From contig CAVTIS010000012.1 of NCBI GenBank assembly GCA_963734845.1, forward strand, positions 67,641 to 131,640: a DNA stretch of 64,000 bases. The letters are read 5' to 3'. This document shows positions 10,101-18,889 of this stretch, in pieces. Position numbers and translations under genes: made by a program. The notes under the pieces are model-generated. The model was not told the origin of the DNA. It did no database searches and was given only the letters and a program-made list of their open reading frames with translations. Each line of letters begins with the position of its first letter. Positions within the stretch are counted from its first letter, which is position 1. The DNA comes from an uncultured delta proteobacterium. GTDB taxonomy: Bacteria; Desulfobacterota; Binatia; Binatales; Binataceae.

Positions 10101-11165
10101 CTAATAGCGCGGTCCAAAAGTGATTTGGGCCTTGTACAGTGGCAGGTTGGTCAAGGACTTACGCGGCGTAGGCGAGCCGCTGGCGGTCAGCTGGCCCGGG
10201 CCGTATTTCGAAAGCGTGCCCGTCGTGTAATTGGACACCCACAGTCTATTACTCGAGTCGAAGGTCAAGCCCCACGGGGTGGAGAGGCTGCCAGAACCGT
10301 CATCACTGAGCACCACGTTCGGCGTAGGAGCGCCTGACACCGCCAGTTGAGACGGCGTGAAGCTCACCACAGTCGAATTACCGGCATTCGTGACCCAAAG
10401 ATTGCCGGAGCTGTCGAACGCCATTTGTCCCGGCTGATCGAGGGCCGTACTGGAGATAATGACGGAGGGCGTCGGCGAACCGGAGGCGGTGAGGTCAGCG
10501 GCGCTGAATCTCACAAGATGGCCATTGTCCAAGCTCGATACCCAGAGGTTGCCGGCCGAATCGAAGAGCGGAAAGGAAGGTGAGGTCAGATCGGTACTAT
10601 CCGTGATTGTCACTGCGGGAGTGACGGGTCCCGAAGCACCAGCCAACTGCGCATGCGATATCTCATGTATCGCGTCCCCATTGTCGACGATCCAGAGGTT
10701 GAGGTGCGAATCGAAGGTGCAGCCAATACTAACTCCTAAGGCGGCGGTATTGACGAACCTTCTCAGTGGCGTGGGATTTGGGTTAATCGCCAGATTCGAC
10801 AGCTGCCCTGGACTGAACTTCAGGATCCTGTTGTTAAGCGTGCTCACCCACACCGCCCCGCTAGGGGCGAATGCAAGACCGGTCGTATTGTTCAGGGGAG
10901 CGGCCGCGCTGACGAGCTTGACCTGGTGTGGTGCGCCGCTGACCGTTAACCCGAAGGGCCGTATTTCGATCAGGCCACCAACGGTTCCGGCGCCCTGTGA
11001 AGGACTGGCCATCCATAACGCGGGACCCTGCGCTCGAGCGGGGGACGATCCTCCGCCGGCTACGAGCCACAACAGCGCCAATGATGCGGCCAGAAACAGG
11101 CGCAAGGCCGATGAACTCCGCCTGTGGTTGATAAGAGTTTCAGAATGAGAAGTGCAACCCTGCAT
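10101..11165 (-). CDS. Secreted NHL-like beta-propeller repeat protein
   Basis: Signal peptide; five G/Q.xFD..GN.WV repeats; GGAGG RBS before ATG 11165. Confidence 0.75.
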   Translation of the reverse strand: MQGCTSHSETLINHRRSSSALRLFLAASLALLWLVAGGGSSPARAQGPALWMASPSQGAGTVGGLIEIRPFGLTVSGAPHQVKLVSAAAPLNNTTGLAFAPSGAVWVSTLNNRILKFSPGQLSNLAINPNPTPLRRFVNTAALGVSIGCTFDSHLNLWIVDNGDAIHEISHAQLAGASGPVTPAVTITDSTDLTSPSFPLFDSAGNLWVSSLDNGHLVRFSAADLTASGSPTPSVIISSTALDQPGQMAFDSSGNLWVTNAGNSTVVSFTPSQLAVSGAPTPNVVLSDDGSGSLSTPWGLTFDSSNRLWVSNYTTGTLSKYGPGQLTASGSPTPRKSLTNLPLYKAQITFGPRY

Positions 11166-11530
11166 ATTAAGCCTCCATCTCGAGAATGTGGGTAGGTGAC
11201 GATAAGTTAATTCGTGTAACGGCGGACGAACGCAAGATTCATTCCGCACTTTAAAGCTCCGAATAATCCCTCGGAAGCAAGATGAAAGCATCATCGGCGA
11301 AGGATTTCTTTCCGATTGTGTCGGAAAATCTTACAGGATCGGTTTTCTTGCGAGTTGGGATAGACGAGGCGTGAAAGCGCAAACCTCGGCGCATGAGCGC
11401 TGCGAACGCTTCCCAATATTCGGTGGCGGCAATCAGCCCGCTTTCGGCCGATCGACCAAAGGGTGCCCGACGGCGCGCCCGATGCGGTCAGGTGCGACGC
11501 GGGCCGGCTGGCTTTCCCGCCCTCCTGGGG

Positions 11531-12451
11531 CTAGGCGAAGGCCGGCATCACTTCGCGCGCGAACAGCTCGACCGTCTGCGGGGGGCCCATGTCGGCGAAC
11601 ATCATGGTGAACATCGTGATGCCCCACGCGACGCGCTCGCGCAATTGCTTGACCACCTCGTCGGGCGTGCCCTTTATCGCGGTGAACGAAAAGGGCTTGC
11701 GACCCTTTACCATCTCCCACTTCTGATCGACCTCGGCCTTGTTCGCGCCGATACAAACCATCACCTGCTCCGAGACCGTGATTTCCCCAGGGTCGCGCGC
11801 GACCGCGCGGCAGTGCTCGTGCAGTACGCCGAGGGTTCGTTTGAAGTCGCGATAGCCGGCCGGGCAGTTCCAGCGATCGGCGTACTTCGCGACCAGCCGC
11901 AGCATCACCTTTTCCCCTGCGCCGCCGATCATGATCGGCGGATGCGGTTTCTGCACGGGCTTCGGATTGTTGGGCGCATCGGCGACCGAGTAGTAACGGC
12001 CTTTGAAGGTGGCGCGGTTCTCGGTGAACATCGCCTTCAGGATCTGCAGTCCTTCCTCGAGCTGACGCAGGCGGGTGCCAACCGACGGAAACTCGTAACC
12101 GTTGGCGCGGTACTCCTGCTCCATCCAGCCCGCGCCCAAGCCTACTTCGAGCCGGCCGTTGGAGATTTGGTCGATAGTGGTGAGTGACTTGGCCAGCAGC
12201 GCCGGGTTGCGGAAGGAGTTGCACAACACCAGCGTGCCGATCCGCACGCGCTCGGTGCGCGCGGCGATCGCGCTCATCATCGTAATCGCCTCGAGCAGGT
12301 CAACGTCGGGCAGGCCCAGCGTCCAGAAATGGTCAACCAGCCAGAACGAATGATAGCCCAGGCGCTCGGCCAGCTCGGCCCGGTCGAGCAGGATCTTGAC
12401 GGTAGCGCCGGCTTGCGGCGACCAGAACGCGAATTCGATTTTTCCGCTCAT
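11531..12451 (-). CDS. Luciferase-like (LLM) oxidoreductase, probably F420-dependent class
   Basis: WLVDHF, RIGTLV, FRNPALLAK, TIDQISNGRLEVGLGAGW, MIGGAGEK. Confidence 0.88.
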   Translation of the reverse strand: MSGKIEFAFWSPQAGATVKILLDRAELAERLGYHSFWLVDHFWTLGLPDVDLLEAITMMSAIAARTERVRIGTLVLCNSFRNPALLAKSLTTIDQISNGRLEVGLGAGWMEQEYRANGYEFPSVGTRLRQLEEGLQILKAMFTENRATFKGRYYSVADAPNNPKPVQKPHPPIMIGGAGEKVMLRLVAKYADRWNCPAGYRDFKRTLGVLHEHCRAVARDPGEITVSEQVMVCIGANKAEVDQKWEMVKGRKPFSFTAIKGTPDEVVKQLRERVAWGITMFTMMFADMGPPQTVELFAREVMPAFA

Positions 12452-12578
12452 CGCATTAAAACTCCTGGCCCTAAGAATTCTGGCTTCAAAGCTCCCGGCT
12501 AACTTCTGGGACGGTCGCTCGATGATTTAATCAGAGACGATTCTTTTACCGTTTCTCTTTTACTGTTCTACTGCGCGG

Positions 12579-13751
12579 ATGCATATCGAAATGAGAGGAC
12601 GAATCGCGATCGCCTTTGGCGTCGCGCTGATACTCGCGGTCGCGATGGTTCCCGGCAATTGGGGCTACGCATTCGCGGTGCCCGCGCAGCAGGGATTTTC
12701 GCAAGTCGGCGCGCCACTCGCGCTAAAGGGCGCGCCGGGAATTTACCAATGGCATTTTGTCGCGAAGCGCGGGCCGTCGCCGTTCGATCGTATCGGGCTC
12801 CATCGAATCGCGAGCGGTCCGGCTGCGCCCGCGCATCCGGGAATCGTGATGCTCTACCTTCCGGGCACCAATATGAATGGCGAGGTCGCGGTCGATGATC
12901 TTCGCTACTCGATGCCGCTTTATCTGGCGGCGCACGGCGTAGACGTGTGGGCGATGGATTATCGCACCCACTTCATTCCCCCCGGCACGTCGGCGGAAAA
13001 GCTCGCCGTTATGGCCGGATGGACGAGCCGCGTCTTCGACGGCGATGTCGAAGCGGCGGCCGCATTCGTCAGCGCCCGGACGCATGCGGAAAAGGTTTTT
13101 ATCGCAGGGTTCAGCCGCGGCGCGAGCTTCGCCTACCTGTTCGCGGCGATGCATCCGCAGCGCGTGGCGGGACTCGCGATCCTCGACGGCTTCATTCCGC
13201 GCGTTCCCGCGCGCGCGATGCCCGCGGGACGCGTCGCCGACGATATTGGCGGACGCCACCTGACCTATGAGAAGCGCCGCGCGCTGATGGAGGCGGTGAT
13301 TCGCGATCCCGGCGGTCCGGCGCCGCTGCCGAAATACAAAACCGCGGCCGAAAATCTCGAGCACGTAGTATATGACGCGGACGGCCTGTTCGGAGGACAT
13401 GGCGGCCTCGCTAATCCGCAAGGCGGATTTTCGGACCCGTCGGTGCTGGCGCGAGTGCTGATTGGGTACGACCGATGGTGGCCGGCCGTGCAGGACTATG
13501 ACAATCCGTTCGACGCGAGCGCGCTGGCGAGGCTAAGGGCCTCAAAAATTCCTGTGATCGCGTTCGCCAGTACCAACATCTCGGCCAAGTGGCCCGCGAT
13601 GGTCGCCGAGTCGGCGGCAGCGACAGGCAGCACCGAGGTGACCGTCAAACGGCTGGACGGGTGGGGCCATCTCGACGTTATCTGCGGCACGCATGCCGAG
13701 AGCGAAGTTTACGCACCGCTGCTCGCCTGGCTCAGGCGGCATCAGAAGTAG
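12579..13751 (+). CDS. Secreted alpha/beta hydrolase
   Basis: Signal peptide; LPG, MDYR, GFSRG nucleophile elbow, WGHLD. Confidence 0.75.
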   Translation: MHIEMRGRIAIAFGVALILAVAMVPGNWGYAFAVPAQQGFSQVGAPLALKGAPGIYQWHFVAKRGPSPFDRIGLHRIASGPAAPAHPGIVMLYLPGTNMNGEVAVDDLRYSMPLYLAAHGVDVWAMDYRTHFIPPGTSAEKLAVMAGWTSRVFDGDVEAAAAFVSARTHAEKVFIAGFSRGASFAYLFAAMHPQRVAGLAILDGFIPRVPARAMPAGRVADDIGGRHLTYEKRRALMEAVIRDPGGPAPLPKYKTAAENLEHVVYDADGLFGGHGGLANPQGGFSDPSVLARVLIGYDRWWPAVQDYDNPFDASALARLRASKIPVIAFASTNISAKWPAMVAESAAATGSTEVTVKRLDGWGHLDVICGTHAESEVYAPLLAWLRRHQK

Positions 13752-13998
13752 GCGGCGGCACGGCCGCGATGCGCGGACGTATGATCAGAGCCGCCGCGAG
13801 CGCCCACATCCCGAAGGCGAAGCCGAGCAGCGACCAAATCACCAGCGAGCGGCCGCGGCGCGAGGCGATCGTCGCGGTGAGCGGCGCCAACGCCGCGTCG
13901 ATGATCAGCGAGGTCGCGATAATCTCGGCCGCTCCCCCACGATAACGCATCAGGGCGAAGCCGGAGGTCACATTGAGGATGGTCGCAATCGTCAACAT
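13732..13998 (-). CDS. Small membrane protein
   Basis: 88 aa, 2-3 hydrophobic segments (RGRSLVIWSLLGFAFGMWALAA). Confidence 0.55.
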   Translation of the reverse strand: MLTIATILNVTSGFALMRYRGGAAEIIATSLIIDAALAPLTATIASRRGRSLVIWSLLGFAFGMWALAAALIIRPRIAAVPPPTSDAA

Positions 13999-14108
13999 CA
14001 GATCACGCGCAGGTCATTACGTCCATATTTGACGATAGGTTGCACGTTAGCGGTTTCAGGCCGGCCTTGGAGGTTGGCTTGCGGCGCTGTCCGGCGGGAC
14101 TATAGTGG

Positions 14109-14543
14109 TTGGTGATGGCACGCCGAGACGTCGAAAATATCATTTCAAAGCTGCGCCAGATGAGCGAGGAAGGGCTGGGGAGCGTGATGGGCGAGCTGAT
14201 GGCCAACGAACGGATGCGCAAGGGGTTGGGCCGCGCGGGAGAACGATTGATGGCCAACAAGCACGTTTTCGATCGCAACGTCGAGACCGTTCTCGACTTC
14301 GTCAACATCCCGTCCAAACGCGACATCCGCGAACTCAAATCCCGGCTCGATACGCTGTCCAGCCAATTGGTCAACCTTAGCATCAAGATCGACCGGATGC
14401 TGGCGGCGGACGATACGCCTGCGCCGCGCCACGTCCGCGCCGCAGATCCGGTCACTCCGGTTCGGCCAGTTCGGCCGGCGCCCGCCGGGCCGCGTCCGGT
14501 GCCGCGCCGGCGCAAGGGCCGCGGCGGCAGCAATTCCGACTGA
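14109..14543 (+). CDS. Phasin-like (PHA-granule-associated type) coiled-coil protein with Pro/Arg tail
   Basis: LDFVNIPSKRDIRELKSRLDTLS resembles the phasin-type LNLPS..DI..L..R motif. Confidence 0.55.
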   Translation: MVMARRDVENIISKLRQMSEEGLGSVMGELMANERMRKGLGRAGERLMANKHVFDRNVETVLDFVNIPSKRDIRELKSRLDTLSSQLVNLSIKIDRMLAADDTPAPRHVRAADPVTPVRPVRPAPAGPRPVPRRRKGRGGSNSD

Positions 14544-14593
14544 CCCTGCTGGCCCGGCCTGCCTTTAGCAAAATTCGTCCGCTCGCACCGCAT

Positions 14594-15754
14594 TTATAGA
14601 ATTTCCAGACTCTGCCCCAGCCAGGCGAGGTCAGCAAGTTCAACCGGCTCTCGTCCGAGATCGGGCACCGCGGCGACCTCCAGTTGCGGCGATCCGCCGG
14701 CGCGCAGGGAGGCTATCGCCGCGGCCTCGCGCTGACGCAACGCGGCGAACTCTCCTGCCGCGCGGATGAGTTTGCGCCTTACCGCCGGTCCAAGCGGCGC
14801 GCGCCTGATCTGCGCCACCGATGGAATCGCGGGCAGCGTGCGATTGACAATTACCGCCCGCGGCTCGATCCCGGCCGCGCGCAGCGCGTCGAGGAACTCA
14901 TGCGCCTGCGCGATGCGCTCGGGCTCGGCCGTGGTGACGACGACCACCGCGGTGTCGCTGGCAACGAGGAGTCGCTGCGCGCGCCCGGCCCGTTCGGCGA
15001 ATCCCGCATACATCCCGTCGAAGCTGCGCACGAAGGCTTGCACGTCGCCGAGCAGATGCAGTCCCGTCAGCCGGTCGAAGGCAGAGAGCACGGCGCGCGC
15101 GGCGAGGTCGACGACGCTGAACCCGCGGCGCATCCCGCCGCCGAGCAGGGTCACCGCGCGCGAGTTGAGCAGGTCGAGCAGGCGGCGCGGCGCGTCGAGG
15201 AAGTCCAGCGCCTCGCGCGCGGGCGGCGTGTCGAGCACCACCAGGTTGGTCGTCGGCTCCTCGCTAAGTTCGAGCAGCCGCTCCATCGCCATATAATCGC
15301 CGACGCCGGCCAGCGCCTGCGAGAGATTGCGGTAGATGCGGTTTTGCATGATCGCGTCGGCGGCGGCGGGCGAGGGCGCATGGCGCGCGACGATCGCGTC
15401 GAAGGTGCGCTTGGGGTCCAGGCGCAGTGCGCGCAGGCGTCCGGCGCGCCGCGCCGGACGCCTGCGCGCACCTGCCGCATCCGCCGAATCGCCCGCGGCC
15501 TCGTTCATGGCTTGCGTATCTGGCAAACCCTCCAGCGGCACTTCGCGGGGCTCGGCGGCGTCGACGCCGCCGAGCCCCAGCGCGTCGAGCAGGCGCGGCG
15601 CCGGGTCGACGGTCATCACGTCGACCCGCCGCCCGGCCATCGCGGCGCTAAGCGCGAGCGCGGCACTGACGGTGGTCTTGCCGACGCCGCCGGGGCCGAG
15701 GCAGACGAGCAGCCGGCCCGCGAGCAGGCCGTGCGCCGGGTGCGTGGCAGTCAT
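14594..15754 (-). CDS. ArsA/Get3-like ATPase, second of pair
   Basis: GPGGVGKTT, TVDPAPRL, VVLDTPP. Confidence 0.85.
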   Translation of the reverse strand: MTATHPAHGLLAGRLLVCLGPGGVGKTTVSAALALSAAMAGRRVDVMTVDPAPRLLDALGLGGVDAAEPREVPLEGLPDTQAMNEAAGDSADAAGARRRPARRAGRLRALRLDPKRTFDAIVARHAPSPAAADAIMQNRIYRNLSQALAGVGDYMAMERLLELSEEPTTNLVVLDTPPAREALDFLDAPRRLLDLLNSRAVTLLGGGMRRGFSVVDLAARAVLSAFDRLTGLHLLGDVQAFVRSFDGMYAGFAERAGRAQRLLVASDTAVVVVTTAEPERIAQAHEFLDALRAAGIEPRAVIVNRTLPAIPSVAQIRRAPLGPAVRRKLIRAAGEFAALRQREAAAIASLRAGGSPQLEVAAVPDLGREPVELADLAWLGQSLEIL

Positions 15755-16755
15755 CGCGGTTTCGCCGCGCGCGCGGCCCTTGCCGCGCGCGGCGGCTTTC
15801 CCGCTCGACGCGGGGCTGTTCCCGGCGGAGCCGGGAACAGCCCCGCGTCGAGCACCCGGCTCAGCTCTTCGAGTTCAGCCCTGCCGAGCGCCGGGCTGAA
15901 CAGCATCGGCAGTTCGACCACGCCCAGCCCGGCGCGGGACGCATCGCGGCGCATGCGCGCCGCGATGCGTCCCGCGCCGTCGCGCCACTGCGCGAGGCGC
16001 GCGCATCCTGGAGGCGCCTTCGGCGCATCCAGCGCGTCGAGGTCGCTGCGGGTGAACAGCGCGGATGGCACGCAGTTGAGCGCCGCCGCCGCGACGCTCA
16101 CGTTGAGCCGCCCGCGCAGCACGTCGGAGGCCTCGAGCGCCTCGCGCAGCGCCAGCTCCTGCGGCGTCAGCGTCAGTATCACGGCAAAGCGCGTCGCGTC
16201 GGCAAGGAAGCTTTCGACGTTGGCGGCGAGACGGTTAAGCGTTCCGATCGGAGCAAGCTGCTTGAGCGCGCCGGGCACCGCGAGCAGTTCCAGCGCGCTG
16301 CCGGTCGCCGGCGCATCGACCACTGCGTAGCGGTCCTCCAGCGCGGCACGGCCGGCGATAATGCGCAGGCGCTCGAGCATCAGGAACGCTTCCAAGCCCG
16401 GCAGCGCGGCACTGACGTAGCCGAAGGTGCGGCTCTGGAGCATCCGGCGCGCGACGGCTTTGATTGGCACTAGCCTTTCGATGAACGCTTCGAGCTCGGT
16501 GCTTGCGCTGAGCGAGATGGTTTCCAGGTTGGCGATCGGGTCAAGCTTTGGGGCCGCGTCTGCGCCATTGCGCGACCGGGCTTCGTTACCATCGAGCGCC
16601 GCGATCCCGAGCATCCGCGCCGCCCACATCCGCTGGTCCAGATCGACCAGCGTCGTGGGCCGCCGCCGCGCCAGCGAGAGCGCAAGCGCCGCTGCCACCG
16701 CACTTTTGCCGGTGCCGCCCTTGCCGGTGACCAGGATTAGCCGCGCGAGCGCCAT
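15751..16755 (-). CDS. ArsA/Get3-like ATPase, first of pair
   Basis: VTGKGGTGKS, ALPGLEA, VVDAPATG; 4-bp overlap with partner. Confidence 0.85.
   Translation of the reverse strand: MALARLILVTGKGGTGKSAVAAALALSLARRRPTTLVDLDQRMWAARMLGIAALDGNEARSRNGADAAPKLDPIANLETISLSASTELEAFIERLVPIKAVARRMLQSRTFGYVSAALPGLEAFLMLERLRIIAGRAALEDRYAVVDAPATGSALELLAVPGALKQLAPIGTLNRLAANVESFLADATRFAVILTLTPQELALREALEASDVLRGRLNVSVAAAALNCVPSALFTRSDLDALDAPKAPPGCARLAQWRDGAGRIAARMRRDASRAGLGVVELPMLFSPALGRAELEELSRVLDAGLFPAPPGTAPRRAGKPPRAARAARAAKPR
15803..15853. repeat. Perfect inverted repeat, 24-bp arms, 3-nt loop
   Basis: GCTCGACGCGGGGCTGTTCCCGGC-GGA-GCCGGGAACAGCCCCGCGTCGAGC. Confidence 0.95.
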
Positions 16756-16846
16756 CAGCTACAATCTAGAGCCGCGCGAAGCAGCGGTCTATTCATTCAC
16801 CGCACCTGGGAGATTTGCCGCGCGGCGGAGCGTTTGCCATCTGCTC

Positions 16847-17083
16847 ATGACGGAATCGACTGACAAGGCTTCATTTCAATCCGTGCTGCTGGCCATCGAG
16901 CCGGCCGCGATAGCGCGTTTCAAGGCGATCGTCGAATCGTACGACAACCTGGCCACGATGCGCACCGAGGACCCACGCCATCATTATCTGCGATTGTGCT
17001 TCGACGCCGGGTCGGCGGCCGACGTCAATGCGCTACTCGATTCGCTGAGCGCGGCCTTTTCGATCCGCCGTATCGAATCCTGA
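16847..17083 (+). CDS. Small DUF4911-like protein
   Basis: IARFKAIVESYDNLATMRT resembles I..F.FI.E.YD..A..RT. Confidence 0.6.
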   Translation: MTESTDKASFQSVLLAIEPAAIARFKAIVESYDNLATMRTEDPRHHYLRLCFDAGSAADVNALLDSLSAAFSIRRIES

Positions 17084-17167
17084 ACTGTCCGAGGTATTTA
17101 TCCTGGATCTGTTGGAGTCAACAGTCCGATCGACGAAGCGGCCATAAGACTGGGGGCTTTTTTTACC

Positions 17168-17950
17168 GTGTTCGCCGCGATGGCGCTGTCGGAAGCGGCG
17201 GCGCCGCGCCGTCCCCGCTCGTATTCTCGGTTCACGCGATGGCCGGGCAATCTCGCTATCGTGACTCTGAATACGGCACTCATTCGGGTTTTGCTTCCGA
17301 CCACGGCCGTAGCTCTGGCCGTGCTTGGAGCGAAACGAGGCTGGGGACTGTTCAACAACCTGCCGTTTCCATCGTGGGTCGAGGTGGTCGCGTCCGTTGT
17401 CATCCTCGACGCCGCCATCTATCTGCAGCACGTGATGTTCCATGCGGTGCCCGCGCTGTGGCGGGTGCATCGGGTGCATCATGCCGACCTGGATTTCGAC
17501 GTGACTACGGGCGCGCGCTTCCATCCGATCGAGATCGGGCTCTCGATGCTGCTCAAGTTCGGCCTCGTGATGGCGCTGGGAGCGCCGGCGCTCGGCGTGC
17601 TCAGCTTCGAGGTCCTGCTGAACGCGACCTCGATGTTCAACCACGGTAATCTTCGCATCCCGGTTCGGTTCGACCGCTACCTTCGATGGCTGATGGTCAC
17701 GCCGGACATGCACCGGGTGCATCACTCGATCGTCGTTACGGAGACCAACAGCAATTTCGGCTTCAACCTGCCATGGTGGGATCGCCTGCTCGGAACCTAT
17801 CGCGACCAGCCCGCCGCCGGCCATGACGGCATGACCATCGGGATCGAGCAGTTCCGCGACGCGCGCGAATTGCGGATCGATCGGATGCTGCTGCAGCCAT
17901 GGCGCGGCCCCGCGGGCGGATACCCGATTGCAGGGAGGAGCGCGCCATGA
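17168..17950 (+). CDS. Sterol desaturase / fatty-acid hydroxylase family protein; true start probably further upstream
   Basis: His boxes HVMFH, HRVHH, MFNH, MHRVHHS; FGFNLPWWDRLLGTY. Confidence 0.9.
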   Translation: MFAAMALSEAAAPRRPRSYSRFTRWPGNLAIVTLNTALIRVLLPTTAVALAVLGAKRGWGLFNNLPFPSWVEVVASVVILDAAIYLQHVMFHAVPALWRVHRVHHADLDFDVTTGARFHPIEIGLSMLLKFGLVMALGAPALGVLSFEVLLNATSMFNHGNLRIPVRFDRYLRWLMVTPDMHRVHHSIVVTETNSNFGFNLPWWDRLLGTYRDQPAAGHDGMTIGIEQFRDARELRIDRMLLQPWRGPAGGYPIAGRSAP

Positions 17951-18708
17951 ACCATCGCAGTATGGCCGTGCGTCTGATCGTCGTAGCGGCGCTGCTCGCG
18001 GCGATTGTTTACCTGGCGATTCATCGAAGCTTTCTCGAGCCTTCCGTCTTGGACCGTGAACTGCATAGTTTCGGCCGACTGGCGCCGATTCTGTTCGTTC
18101 TGCTCTATGCCGTGGGCACCGTCGTATTCGCGCCCGGATCGATAATGACCGTGGCCGGGGGCGCTCTGTTCGGCCCGGTATGGGGAACCCTGTGGAATCT
18201 CACCGGCGCGGCCCTGGGCGCCGCGTTCGCCTTTGCGATCGCGCGCTACCTCGCGTCGGATTGGGTTTCCAGGCGCGCGGGAGAACGACTGGCCCGGCTG
18301 ATGCGGGGAGTCGAGGAAGAGGGGTGGCGCTTTGTGGCCCTCGTGCGGCTGGTGCCGCTGTTTCCGTTCAATCTGGTCAATTACGCATTCGGACTGACAC
18401 GAATTCGGTTTGCTGAGTATGTGCTCGCATCCTTTATATTCATGGCTCCGGGGACGTTGGCGTTTACCTACCTTGGTTACGCGGGCCGCGAAGCCGCATC
18501 CGGGCAGGCCGGGGCAATCCGCAAGGCTCTGCTTGCCTTGGGGTTGCTTGCGGCCGTTGCTTTCCTGCCGCGGCTGGTGCGCCGGCTCAAGGGTCCGCGC
18601 TTTATCGACGCGGGCACCCTTAGACGCCGGCTCGAGAGCGGCGCTGACCGATCGCGGAGCTACGGGGAAGAATCCGGGAGCTGTCCGAGATCAAGGGAAA
18701 GCCACTGA
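17947..18708 (+). CDS. VTT/TVP38/DedA-family membrane protein; C-terminal rhodanese extension frameshifted
   Basis: GGALFGP, RLVPLFPFNLVNYAFGLT; ATGA overlap with desaturase. Confidence 0.9.
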   Translation: MNHRSMAVRLIVVAALLAAIVYLAIHRSFLEPSVLDRELHSFGRLAPILFVLLYAVGTVVFAPGSIMTVAGGALFGPVWGTLWNLTGAALGAAFAFAIARYLASDWVSRRAGERLARLMRGVEEEGWRFVALVRLVPLFPFNLVNYAFGLTRIRFAEYVLASFIFMAPGTLAFTYLGYAGREAASGQAGAIRKALLALGLLAAVAFLPRLVRRLKGPRFIDAGTLRRRLESGADRSRSYGEESGSCPRSRESH

Positions 18709-18845
18709 TAACCGTTTGACGAAACGAACAGCGCTCGGCGAGCGCTGCGGCAGTGCTTACGAAAGCGGGTTTCGAGCAAGTATTCGTTCTGCGCGGCGGG
18801 ATGGAAGGCTGGAACAAGGCGGGCTGTCCGGTCGAGAGGAATTGA
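18648..18845 (+). pseudogene. Out-of-frame rhodanese half-domain with in-frame TGA at the catalytic Cys position (putative Sec)
   Basis: PIAELRGRIRELSEIKGKPLITV-TGA-RNEQRSASAAAVLTKAGFEQVFVLRGGMEGWNKAGCPVERN-stop. Confidence 0.8.
18729..18747 (+). promoter_or_regulatory. Candidate bacterial SECIS element
   Basis: CAGCGCTC-GGC-GAGCGCTG perfect 8-bp stem, loop starts with G, 17 nt after TGA 18717-18719. Confidence 0.65.
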
Positions 18846-18889
18846 ACTTTGGAACCGGCCATGACGATCGATGCGCGGGCCCCTCTTAC

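Noticed and set aside
14684-16330. 548-aa plus-strand ORF
   Set aside because: Antisense shadow of the ArsA-like pair; Arg/Ala-rich with no motifs, as expected at high GC.
14594-16755. Arsenic-resistance operon
   Set aside because: No arsB, acr3, arsC or arsR; split pair of the Get3-like type.
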